A DNA stretch of 64,000 nt from a virus (IMGVR_UViG_3300005253_000053), one strand, 5' to 3'; positions 53,512-61,771 are shown, numbered from the stretch's first letter. Numbers and translations are program-made. The notes: generated from the letters alone by a model not told the origin.

Positions 53512-54041
53512 TCAGGCCTCATCCCGTTGGATAGCCTCGTCAAGCGCCTTTACCCAGCCCGACCACTTGTTGTGCCTGCGCTGCGTTGTTTCGAGAGACG
53601 TCTCGGCACGCCGGATCTGTCTGGTGTCGGCCTCCTTACGGGCCTTGTTAAGCCACTCTTGAGCGTTGCGAAGGCGGGTCTCAGTCTGCACCTGATATTT
53701 GTAGCAGTAGCCGCGCAGGCTCGCCAGAGGGGAGGTGTGCAGTTCCATACCGCAGTGCGGACAGAAGCGGGTGTCTCGGTTTTGTCCGCAACAGAAACGA
53801 CGTCCGGCCATGGGGAGAGGACCGATCATACCACGTGCCCAGGTACTGATCTCGGCCTCCGTCGCCGAACCGCAGCGGGGGCGCGCGAGCAAGCGAACAG
53901 ACAAGGCCTCGCGCGGGTGCTCGCCGTCAAGCAGGTCGCGGCCGACTTTTATGTCAGATGAGGATAAGACATTCTTCGCCCCGGTAGTCAGGTCGTCGAA
54001 GCCCGGCAAGTCTCGCACAGGTGTGTCCAGCGGGACGTCCA
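53512..54041 (-). CDS. zinc-ribbon protein
   Basis: Start at the class A motif ATG (MDVPLDTPV). CCGQNRDTRFCPHCG. Confidence 0.5.
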
Positions 54042-54076
54042 TAACAGTATTATCGGCCTGCGAGGGCAATTTGGGC
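54039..54076 (-). promoter_or_regulatory. class A promoter motif
   Basis: plus: cataacagtattatcggcctgcgagggcaatttgggc. Confidence 0.5.
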
Positions 54077-54085
54077 AGGTGAAAA

Positions 54086-54811
54086 TCAGGAAACCAGGAT
54101 CTTAATGCCCAGCCCGGCCTCCAGCTTCTCAACGGTAGAGCGACGAACAGCCTTCTTGCTCTGATAGAATATGTGATAGATCGTGTCTTCCGGCACGCCA
54201 CAAGTCCGCGCAGTCTCGGCCAGATTTCGATCACGCAGAACTTCTCGGACGACCTCAACTGGAACGTTGCGGCCTGCATCCGGACGTGGCATGTCCTCGG
54301 AGGCGTGACGTTTTCCATGACAGTCGGAGCAGAGCCAAAGCACATCCAGGCGACGGCTGTAGTCCTCGTGGTGAGCCTCCAGCCGCCCATCGGCACCACA
54401 CTCCGAACAGCAGTCCGGTTTGACCATACGGCCACGCAGAACAGCGCTCTCAACCGCACTGCGCGCCAGATAGCGGTCACGGTGCTTGGCATACGAACGG
54501 TTCCTGTACTCGCGTTGCTGCTTGTTGATGTGCTCTCGATTATTCGTGGCGTAGGCCTTCGCAGAAGAATTACGACAGTCCCGGCACTGATTCGCGAGAC
54601 CGTCGGCCTTCTTTCGATTTCGATGGTGGGCAGAGATGGGTTGGGTCTGGCGGCACTTCGAGCAACGCTTTACAGCCACGTCCTTACAGTGCGGACACAA
54701 AGTCAGGCCCTCGTCTATCGCATCAGCGAGACGTATGATCCTTGGCTCAGCCATGCAGCTTGCGATCACGTGGTAGTGCTCGTCTTGGCCAGCGAAGTAG
54801 GAAATAAGCAT
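54086..54811 (-). CDS. HNH endonuclease with zinc-binding cysteines
   Basis: CRDCRNSSAKAYATNNREHINKQQREYR and GRLEAHHEDYSRRLDVLWLCSDCHGKRH (HNH H-N-H), plus CPHC/CSKC pairs. Confidence 0.7.
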   Translation of the reverse strand: MLISYFAGQDEHYHVIASCMAEPRIIRLADAIDEGLTLCPHCKDVAVKRCSKCRQTQPISAHHRNRKKADGLANQCRDCRNSSAKAYATNNREHINKQQREYRNRSYAKHRDRYLARSAVESAVLRGRMVKPDCCSECGADGRLEAHHEDYSRRLDVLWLCSDCHGKRHASEDMPRPDAGRNVPVEVVREVLRDRNLAETARTCGVPEDTIYHIFYQSKKAVRRSTVEKLEAGLGIKILVS

Positions 54812-54895
54812 AATGTATCCTCAAAACGTATCTTCTCCAACGTACCAGGAAATTAGGCGATTTCAAAGAGTAAAGGTGAAAAATTTCTGTGTGTT
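54812..54895 (-). promoter_or_regulatory. class B-related upstream region with AAAAATTTC element
   Basis: mRNA-sense GAACACACAGAAATTTTTCACC...TTGAGGATACATTATG, shared with the 51.8 and 53.5 kb copies. Confidence 0.35.
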
Positions 54896-54920
54896 CGCCT
54901 GGGCCACCCCCACCCACCCC

Positions 54921-54964
54921 CTTTCTATCCCACAGGGGACCCCTGATATCCAAGGGATAGAAAG
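54921..54964. repeat. perfect 11-bp inverted repeat with 22-nt spacer
   Basis: CTTTCTATCCC-acaggggacccctgatatccaa-GGGATAGAAAG, with an internal GGGGACCCC palindrome. Confidence 0.5.
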
Positions 54965-55124
54965 GACCCCCCTCCCAGGGGCCGGTGTACCGGCCTGGGG
55001 CGTCACTGGGCTGCCCACCGGCCCGCAGAGCGGGCTTGTGGGTCACAGGTGGCTGGGAGTGAGCGACAACAGGTGTTGAGGTGCACAGGTGAGCGGCAAC
55101 GATGTTCCACGGGGAACAAAGCGG

Positions 55125-55154
55125 CCCCTGATTGCGAGACATGGCAATCAGGGG
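55125..55154. repeat. perfect 11-bp inverted repeat
   Basis: CCCCTGATTGC-gagacatg-GCAATCAGGGG. Confidence 0.45.
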
Positions 55155-55476
55155 CCGCTGGTGTATTGAGGCCGGAAGGCCGAGGTCAGACCACAGCCCT
55201 CCGGCTGGACAGGACCTGCTCGTCTCTGGTGGACGGGTGCAGGAGCTTGGGCTCACTCTACCTCTGGCTGATGGGCGTGTCAACCCTAGCGTTGGGCTGG
55301 CAGTCAGGCTGGCTGACCGAATAGAACCCCTCCGTTGATAGCGCTTCGCTAGGCCTCTCTTATAGAGAGAGTCTAGCGAGAGGCTGTACCCAGATAAAGA
55401 TCATCCAGCGCTCCTTAGCTCTTGACAGACAGAGCCACAGAGTATAAGCTCCCTGAACCAGTTACGGAGAGCCAGA

Positions 55477-56004
55477 ATGGAAGAGCAGTGGAGGGTTATC
55501 CCCAGCGTCCCGTACTACGAGATCAGCGACCATGGTAGGGTTAGACGACTGGTGCCAGCTATTGGTACCTGGGTTGGCAGGGTCAAGACACCCTACGTCA
55601 CAGCCAACGGCTACCTGAAGATCTCGTTGTCCGTGGACAAGAAGAGGTTCCAGCGCTTCGTCCACAGGTTGGTGGCAGAGGCGTTCATCGGTCCGATCCC
55701 AGACCTGCACCACGTCCATCACCTGGACCACGACAAGCAGAACAACCGGGCCACGAACCTGGAATGCCTGTCCCGCCGCCAGAACCAGCAGCTTACCCAC
55801 ACCACGCCGGTCAAGCGCAGCGCCATGGGCGGCATCCCTGAGATGCTGGTCCAGGCCTGGGCCAGGGGCTGGATGTTATGCGACGTGGCCGCTCAGCTTG
55901 AAGTGGACGAGGCACAGCTTAGCCGCTGGCTGCTACGGGAGGAGCTACCCAACGGTCGGCAGGCTGAGATCAGCCAGCGCCTGTGGTCGCTCGTGATAGG
56001 CTAG
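55477..56004 (+). CDS. HNH homing-endonuclease-like protein (NUMOD4-type N-terminus)
   Basis: WRVIPSVPYYEISDHGRVRRL (NUMOD4-like), HRLVAEAFIGPIPDLHHVHHLDHDKQNN (HNH). Confidence 0.75.
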   Translation: MEEQWRVIPSVPYYEISDHGRVRRLVPAIGTWVGRVKTPYVTANGYLKISLSVDKKRFQRFVHRLVAEAFIGPIPDLHHVHHLDHDKQNNRATNLECLSRRQNQQLTHTTPVKRSAMGGIPEMLVQAWARGWMLCDVAAQLEVDEAQLSRWLLREELPNGRQAEISQRLWSLVIG

Positions 56005-56231
56005 GCTACGAGGAGGACCAGCGCTGTGACAAGACCCACGCCAACCACGCCCAGGAATGCTAGGAGGATCAGGAGCCAGAACCCCAGGTACGCCATCATC
56101 GCCGCGAAGATGATCTTCTCCAGGAAGCGCAGCATCAGGCCACTCCCGTTAAGAAGCAGTAGATCCCCACGGCCACGATGAGGACGATCAGGAACAGGGT
56201 GAGGTCGTCGAGTTGGGGCTCGTGCATCAGG
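56001..56231 (-). CDS. two tandem hydrophobic mini-peptides (30 and 44 aa), merged feature
   Basis: MHEPQLDDLTLFLIVLIVAVGIYCFLTGVA (ATGA-coupled to the 329-aa gene), then MLRFLEKIIFAAMMAYLGFWLLILLAFLGVVGVGLVTALVLLVA. Not in the ORF track. Confidence 0.25.
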   Translation of the reverse strand, partial: PDARAPTRRPHPVPDRPHRGRGDLLLLNGSGLMLRFLEKIIFAAMMAYLGFWLLILLAFLGVVGVGLVTALVLLVA

Positions 56232-57216
56232 CCACCGCCTCGACCAGACGGCCAGGGCCGGTGGGCTCAGTTACGAGGTCGCCGCCGAACAGCGCGTGGT
56301 ACCGCGTCGTCGCCTCGACCCAGGCCTCAGCCACGTGGCAGTTGGGAATGCGCTTGCCCTTCACGCCGCTGAGGTAGCGGGCCAGGGCCTTCAGGTCGAA
56401 GCAGGCCGGGGTCGGCCGCACGGTCAGTTGTTCGTACTCGCCATGGTAGCCGTCGCTGAGAACGATCAGCTTGAACTCGAACTCCAGCCTCCACATATCG
56501 GTATCATCTGACACGGTCATATTGCCATGGCTGGTCTCTATGACACCCCCGGCCAGTGGCCCCTCCCACGTTATGGTGTAGCCAGTCGAGGTGTAGCCCT
56601 CACGCGGCTCCACATTCATGCGTGAGAGGCCGTAGCGTTCCTGTGACGCCACGATCTCCACGTCACCATAGGCTCGCTTGGTCCGCTGGCTGAGGAAGTT
56701 CTCCTGAAGCGCAGCGGGCGGGTTGAGCAGTACGTCGATGATCCGGCGGGCCAGTGGCCGCAAGCCGTCACGATACTGATCCACCCGGTCGATGCTGGCG
56801 TAGTCGACCTCGTAGTTGTTGAGCGTATCCATGTAGCCGATTTGCCCGCGACCGTCCGGACGGTCGCTGATCTCGTTGTTCACGTTCCAGGTCTTCCCGG
56901 CATCGCGCCCCTCGGCCCGGGTTGTCTCCCACATGTCGTCCATGCGCCGCTGGCAGAAGATCTGGACGAACTTCTCCAGGTGGTTCTCGTCGCTCGCCAG
57001 CATGGCCAGGGTCTCCGGCCGGTGGCCCGAGATCCACTCCAGCAGGACCATCACGCCGTATTGGTAGTAATCATCCTGGCACAGGGACGGGTCGCGCGTG
57101 ATCCTGGCGAAGCGGGCCGCCACGCGGCCGATGATGATATCGCTGCGCGACAGCACATCTGAGAGGACAGCGTCGGATGACACCGGCGCGTCCGGCAACG
57201 GGAATTTAGGTGGCAT
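56227..57216 (-). CDS. hypothetical protein
   Basis: 329 aa, AGGAGAG 9 nt upstream. Confidence 0.55.
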   Translation of the reverse strand: MPPKFPLPDAPVSSDAVLSDVLSRSDIIIGRVAARFARITRDPSLCQDDYYQYGVMVLLEWISGHRPETLAMLASDENHLEKFVQIFCQRRMDDMWETTRAEGRDAGKTWNVNNEISDRPDGRGQIGYMDTLNNYEVDYASIDRVDQYRDGLRPLARRIIDVLLNPPAALQENFLSQRTKRAYGDVEIVASQERYGLSRMNVEPREGYTSTGYTITWEGPLAGGVIETSHGNMTVSDDTDMWRLEFEFKLIVLSDGYHGEYEQLTVRPTPACFDLKALARYLSGVKGKRIPNCHVAEAWVEATTRYHALFGGDLVTEPTGPGRLVEAVA

Positions 57217-57499
57217 GGGGTGGGGCTCTCCTGCACTCGGGTCCTATCCGCCAGTCACCATACCGGGACGCGCCACGCGCGTCAAGGACTTTTCGTGAGA
57301 TTTGCTACATTTTCTTGTGGGAGTTTATCAACAGGTCGTCAACAACGCCTCCTCCGCCCGGCCGCCAGCGTAGTCAGAGCCAATACCTGTGTAGCATACG
57401 TCCAGTCTCACCGGGGTGGAGCGGAGGAGGGGCCAACGAAGTGTTCAGAAACTCGCGGAAATCTCGCGTGCCAGCGTGACCCCTCGCACCCCCGACACT

Positions 57500-57600
57500 T
57501 ATCTTCTGTCTATGTGTAGGCTATCACTACACTTAGTTGTGTAACACGTTACATTGCTACATATAGCATGCTACATCCTTCTCACCTGCCCGATCCCCAG
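57500..57600. repeat. AT-richer noncoding segment with direct and inverted GCTACAT / TGTGTA repeats
   Basis: tgtgtaggctatcactacacttagttgtgtaacacgttacattgctacatatagcatgctacatcc lies in a 770-bp intergenic gap between divergent genes. Confidence 0.4.
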
Positions 57601-57984
57601 GTCGCTGCACCGTGACCACCCGACATCTGTGTCCGCCGGTGGCGGCTGGTGACTCTGTAACCCGTTGGCCTCATTGACCTCACTCATTGTTGCACTTTTG
57701 TTGCAGTCTTATTTCAATGGGCTGCCGGTAGCCGCTGTCCAAGTTGAGCCGCTGTCTGGACTGGGGGCGCTGGGCTGTCCACATCTTGGACTGCCAGCTT
57801 ATCCACATACTGTCAACATGACCATGTCGTTATGGCGCAGTGACACACCTAACGCATCCCAATCCAGTTCAATTTGGAGCCTATTATTTACATTGAGCCG
57901 TTGTTGTTGCAGTTATTTACAGTTACTGCGTTGAGGGCACCGGCCGCACGGCGGCCCGGCCCATGGGAGGGTGGGAGGATTTAC

Positions 57985-59019
57985 ATGACCAAAAAGCCGT
58001 CCGAATCCGATAATACCTGTATGACCACCGCAGCGACCACCGACGTAGACACGCTCTTCAACCGGTTCGCCAAGATGGCCTCGGACACGTTCAAGCCCAC
58101 CGGCCTGTACCCGGACAGTGCAGTGCTGTCGATGCTTCAGCGGGCTGAGGTGTTCTGCTTCCCCTCCATGCTCACCGCTGAAGAGAGGCCCGAAAGCGCC
58201 ACGATCCTGAAGACTCGCCTGCCCCATAAGGCCTGTGCTATGGTCTCCCCTCGGGCAGTCACAGTGTTCGGTGGTCAAACCTTACACCACGGTCGCCAAG
58301 GCATCGATATCGATACAATCGAGAACCTGGACTCAGCGTGGGGTGCTAGGCTCAAGCGAATCGCTGACAGTACGCAAACAGATCTCAACACGAGTCTCGA
58401 CAGCGTAAAGCTCTGGACAGGGTTCGACTCTGTCGTCATGTACTACCCGGGCGAGAAGACGAGTGGCGACCTGTTGGCCTACGGGTGGGCGTTGCTGGTT
58501 GAGGACGACACCAGTGGTGGTGCAACGAGGATAATCATGCCGCCAAAAGTGGTGATCATGCGTACCGGCAGGAAGCCCGAGCTACTGGTGAGCGACAGGC
58601 AGGACCACGGGATGTCTCATCAGGACGTTAAACTCGTGATAGAGAGCATGGAGCGCCACGCCATGATCGGTATGGGAGAGGTGGCTGTAGCCTCCGCTCC
58701 AATCAGTCGTGTCGTCCTGCGGGAACGTCCTGTCAAGAAGCCCAAGCGTCCTAGCCGGTACATCGGCCGGGTGGGCGAGAAGCCGAGGACCATCCTCATC
58801 GATCCCAGTAACCGTGAGTCCATTCAATACGTTGGTTTGGGTGGGCATCGTGGTCCGCTGCTCGAAGGCCACAAGCGCCGTGGCCACCACCGGACTTACC
58901 GGTCTGAGCGCTATAAGAAGATGCGGGGCAAAACCGCCTGGGTAAAGCCGACGTGGATCGGACCCCGAAACTGGACGGACCATGGACGCGTCTACATCGT
59001 ACAGGTAGTAGGAGGATGA
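57985..59019 (+). CDS. hypothetical protein
   Basis: Start set at MTKKPSESD (GGGAGGA 5 nt upstream), 344 aa. Confidence 0.5.
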   Translation: MTKKPSESDNTCMTTAATTDVDTLFNRFAKMASDTFKPTGLYPDSAVLSMLQRAEVFCFPSMLTAEERPESATILKTRLPHKACAMVSPRAVTVFGGQTLHHGRQGIDIDTIENLDSAWGARLKRIADSTQTDLNTSLDSVKLWTGFDSVVMYYPGEKTSGDLLAYGWALLVEDDTSGGATRIIMPPKVVIMRTGRKPELLVSDRQDHGMSHQDVKLVIESMERHAMIGMGEVAVASAPISRVVLRERPVKKPKRPSRYIGRVGEKPRTILIDPSNRESIQYVGLGGHRGPLLEGHKRRGHHRTYRSERYKKMRGKTAWVKPTWIGPRNWTDHGRVYIVQVVGG

Positions 59020-59023
59020 CAAC

Positions 59024-59326
59024 GTGACTGAGATCAACTGGCGTAGTGCCGACGAGCACATGATTGCTGATGTGGATGACGTGAAGCTGACCGCCTACAA
59101 CCCTATCAACCAGTCTGCCTGGAACGTGGTGGCCAAGCGCCCCGCGTTCGAGGTCGACTACGATGATGTGAAGCGGCAGAGGATTCAGGAAGTCGAAGTC
59201 ACGATGAAGGTCGTTGCTCAGGGTGCCGACACCGAGTCCCTGAACAGTGTGGGGCAGCGGGCTCTGGATGCTCTGGAAGGGATGCGCCGCCGTCTGGAGA
59301 CCGATGTTACTACGGTAGGCGTGTGA
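59024..59326 (+). CDS. hypothetical small protein
   Basis: GTG start with GGAGGA 8 nt upstream, 100 aa. Confidence 0.45.
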   Translation: MTEINWRSADEHMIADVDDVKLTAYNPINQSAWNVVAKRPAFEVDYDDVKRQRIQEVEVTMKVVAQGADTESLNSVGQRALDALEGMRRRLETDVTTVGV

Positions 59327-59342
59327 GGGTCAGAGGCGGGTA

Positions 59343-59756
59343 CTACCGGCCAGTAACTACGTAGCGGCTCTTGAGTTCGTCCCCGTCAACACTGGGATGG
59401 CTGTAGTAGACGCCTCCCTCGGAGGTGTACAGATCCACGTCGAGGGTACTGGTGAACTGGTCTACCGTAGGATCTAGGATGTGACTGCCGACGATCACCC
59501 ATGTGTGGTCCCACTCCTCAAGCTCCTCGAATCCGGGCCGGTCTCCTGTGACTGTGATGAACTGGCCGCCTTGGATCTTTGCCTGGATTCCTTTGGCGCG
59601 GAGAAGTTTGACGAGTCCCTCGGCGGTCTCGCTGCAATCCCCGAACTGGGCAACGTCGCACACGAACTGCTTACGGGCCTGCTTGGCAAGATCAATGGTG
59701 GCGTCCGTGATCGACTCAGTGAGCATCCTGCGTATGACTGTTCTGGTGGAGTCCAT
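59343..59756 (-). CDS. MDxTRxAIRxxLxE-tagged protein, 137 aa
   Basis: MDSTRTVIRRMLTES... ATGA-coupled to the upstream family member. Confidence 0.55.
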   Translation of the reverse strand: MDSTRTVIRRMLTESITDATIDLAKQARKQFVCDVAQFGDCSETAEGLVKLLRAKGIQAKIQGGQFITVTGDRPGFEELEEWDHTWVIVGSHILDPTVDQFTSTLDVDLYTSEGGVYYSHPSVDGDELKSRYVVTGR

Positions 59757-60148
59757 CACATGGCTCTCAACTTCTCAATGAACTCTACGACTTCCAGGTC
59801 TGCGAATTCCCTGTCCTGAAGCCACTCGTACGTGTCGCAGGGGACCTCGTAAGCCATAATGGACCGCGCACCCGACATCATTCTGGCAATCAGCCTGTGG
59901 TGTCCGTCCAGGAGTTTGCCGCACGCGATCCAGATCGGCGGAATGTCTTTGGCCTGCCGGAGCGCCGCGATCTTCTCCGGGTCCTGGTGTAGCTCGTAGG
60001 TCAGTATCTGCCTTGGGTCCTCTTCAACCAATTCGGCGGTCAGGTCGATCCCGGCTGCGCGGGCTTCGTCAACGACCTCCCGTTCCCAGTCCTTGAGAGG
60101 GTCGGCCTCGGTGAGCATCCTGCGTATGGCTGTTCTGGTTGGGTCCAC
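59756..60148 (-). CDS. MDxTRxAIRxxLxE-tagged ParB-like nuclease domain protein
   Basis: (GTG)DPTRTAIRRMLTEA... plus ACGKLLDGHHRLIARM (DGHHR). Leaderless GTG 7 nt after TATACT. Confidence 0.6.
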   Translation of the reverse strand: MDPTRTAIRRMLTEADPLKDWEREVVDEARAAGIDLTAELVEEDPRQILTYELHQDPEKIAALRQAKDIPPIWIACGKLLDGHHRLIARMMSGARSIMAYEVPCDTYEWLQDREFADLEVVEFIEKLRAM

Positions 60149-60200
60149 GGCAGGCAGTATACCCGGTGGGCCTCAGCATGGCGAGTAGAGCCTCTTAGGT
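60149..60200 (-). promoter_or_regulatory. class B promoter (GGGTATACT-N7-GTG)
   Basis: mRNA-sense GCTTGACTCACCTAAGAGG...CCACCGGGTATACTGCCTGCCGTG. Confidence 0.45.
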
Positions 60201-60203
60201 GAG

Positions 60204-60518
60204 TCAAGCCTGCGGCAGGGTGGGTCTGCGTGCCTCTTCAGACCACAGAAGGTTGTAGATGGACCCCCTGTCCAGGATCTCGCTCTGTTCGTACTCCTCG
60301 CCATACCACAGCAGGACGTCGTCGTCGCCCTCTTTACAAAGCGCCAGCAGTTCGTATCTTTGCTCCTGATGGCGTAGCATCGTCACCCTGATGTAGTAGG
60401 CCGTGTATCCGTCTTCAAAGTCATCCGGCGGATCGCTGCATTCCACCTTGAAGTCGTCGCCCCATTGGTTGAGGGCTGTCTCGAAGGCCTCGATTACGTC
60501 GTCAGTCCGGTCAGTCAT
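60204..60518 (-). CDS. hypothetical acidic protein
   Basis: Start set at MTDRTDDVIE (GGAGG upstream). Confidence 0.4.
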   Translation of the reverse strand: MTDRTDDVIEAFETALNQWGDDFKVECSDPPDDFEDGYTAYYIRVTMLRHQEQRYELLALCKEGDDDVLLWYGEEYEQSEILDRGSIYNLLWSEEARRPTLPQA

Positions 60519-60691
60519 ACCATGGGCCTCCGTACCTGGGGTCACGTCGCTTCTCCTTGGCTCGCTTCGCCTTCTGGTCCCTGAGTCGCTTGAGATCCTT
60601 CAGCGTGAACTGTGGCTTCTCGCCGCCCGCCTTGCAGATCTTCACGTAGTTCGCGTAGATCTCGGTCAGCAACTTGTCGCTCTCGATCACG
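60511..60691 (-). CDS. hypothetical small basic protein
   Basis: GTG start, GTGA-coupled. The track N-terminal extension looks out of frame. Confidence 0.3.
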
Positions 60692-60919
60692 GCTGTGGGT
60701 CCTGCGGCCGGGCGAACTCTAACGCAACGCAGGTGTCGCAGACGTCGACGAAGGTCCATTTGTACTCATGGGTTCTGGCCATCCGGTACTCCCACCCGTG
60801 GTGCTTGGCCTCCGCTCTCAACTGGGCTGCCCCGAAGTTGGGCTGCTGGAGACCGCCGAAGTCTGAGAACTGGCGGCCGCAGTGGTCACACAGCAGGTGA
60901 ACGGGGCGCTGGATCATCA
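60687..60919 (-). CDS. zinc-finger mini-protein
   Basis: Start set at MIQRPVHLLCDHCGRQF...CDTC. Confidence 0.4.
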
Positions 60920-61153
60920 GGCCGCCTTCGAGCGTGCCGTTATCAGCAGACACCCGTGCTTGAAGTCGGCTCCGGTGTTCCGCAGCATGTCGGCCATGTG
61001 AGCGAGGTTGATCGTTTCGGCAAGGGCACAGGTGGCTACCGTGGGCACCTCGTAGTAGATGTAACCCGGCCCTTCCTCCACGCCATACGTCACGACCACC
61101 ACAGCCTCGTCGGGAAGGTCTCCGATTGCCGCCTTCAATTCTCCCACGTTCAT
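60917..61153 (-). CDS. hypothetical small protein
   Basis: Start set at MNVGELKAAIG. ATGA-coupled. Confidence 0.4.
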   Translation of the reverse strand: MNVGELKAAIGDLPDEAVVVVTYGVEEGPGYIYYEVPTVATCALAETINLAHMADMLRNTGADFKHGCLLITARSKAA

Positions 61154-61731
61154 ACCTGCTCCCTGATCTTCTTCTGGCCGGAGCCGAGACAGACAGGACA
61201 CTGTACAGTCCCATCGTCACGGGGGCCTGCAAGGATCTGAATCTCCCCACTCCCTTTGCACCGCTCGCACTTACTGACTTCCTTGATACCTTTCCGTAGC
61301 GTCACCGGCGCGGGCATACGCAACGCCGAGAGCGGCACTGACTGCTCGTCGATGTGCTCCCGTACCCTATCGATGTGGTCCCGGATCGCGTACATGGCCT
61401 CGCAGCGCATCTTCGCAGTAGCGTGGGCCATCTTGAAATCAAGGGAGTAGTTGCCCCATTGTGGTCCCTCTAGTTCACTGGCTGCCCGGATTAACTCGTC
61501 CATGTATTCGTCGCACAATCCCATTTCCGCAATCTTCACCTCGGCTTGCGCGACGGCGTCACGCGAGTGACAGAAGTCAGGAAGATGGTCGTCCCCTATC
61601 GACTCGCCACGGCCACGCCCATACGGATGCCAGAGTCGCCAGCCGTGCGGGTTCGCGTCGAACTCCCACTGCATGACGTGTTCGGCCACGAATTGGTTGT
61701 ACTCCCACGTCTCCATCTTCTTGTCAATCAC
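61150..61731 (-). CDS. hypothetical protein, paralog of 62484..62848
   Basis: AHATAKMRCEAMYAIRDHIDRVRE matches VTATARERCEAMYAMREQIERARA. C-terminal CERCKGSG..CPVCLGSG. Confidence 0.5.
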   Translation of the reverse strand: MIDKKMETWEYNQFVAEHVMQWEFDANPHGWRLWHPYGRGRGESIGDDHLPDFCHSRDAVAQAEVKIAEMGLCDEYMDELIRAASELEGPQWGNYSLDFKMAHATAKMRCEAMYAIRDHIDRVREHIDEQSVPLSALRMPAPVTLRKGIKEVSKCERCKGSGEIQILAGPRDDGTVQCPVCLGSGQKKIREQV

Positions 61732-61771
61732 TGCTGGTTCTCCTTCAGAGCCGGTAGTTGGTCACGCTGGA

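Noticed and set aside
54890-55476. tRNA or other canonical RNA gene in the structured 660-bp region
   Set aside because: No acceptor/T-loop (GTTCGAATC-like) arrangement could be found by eye. Hairpins are reported as repeats instead.
55477-56004. HNH gene as an intron-encoded homing endonuclease (group I intron)
   Set aside because: No plus-strand host gene flanks it that could be an interrupted exon. Treated as free-standing.
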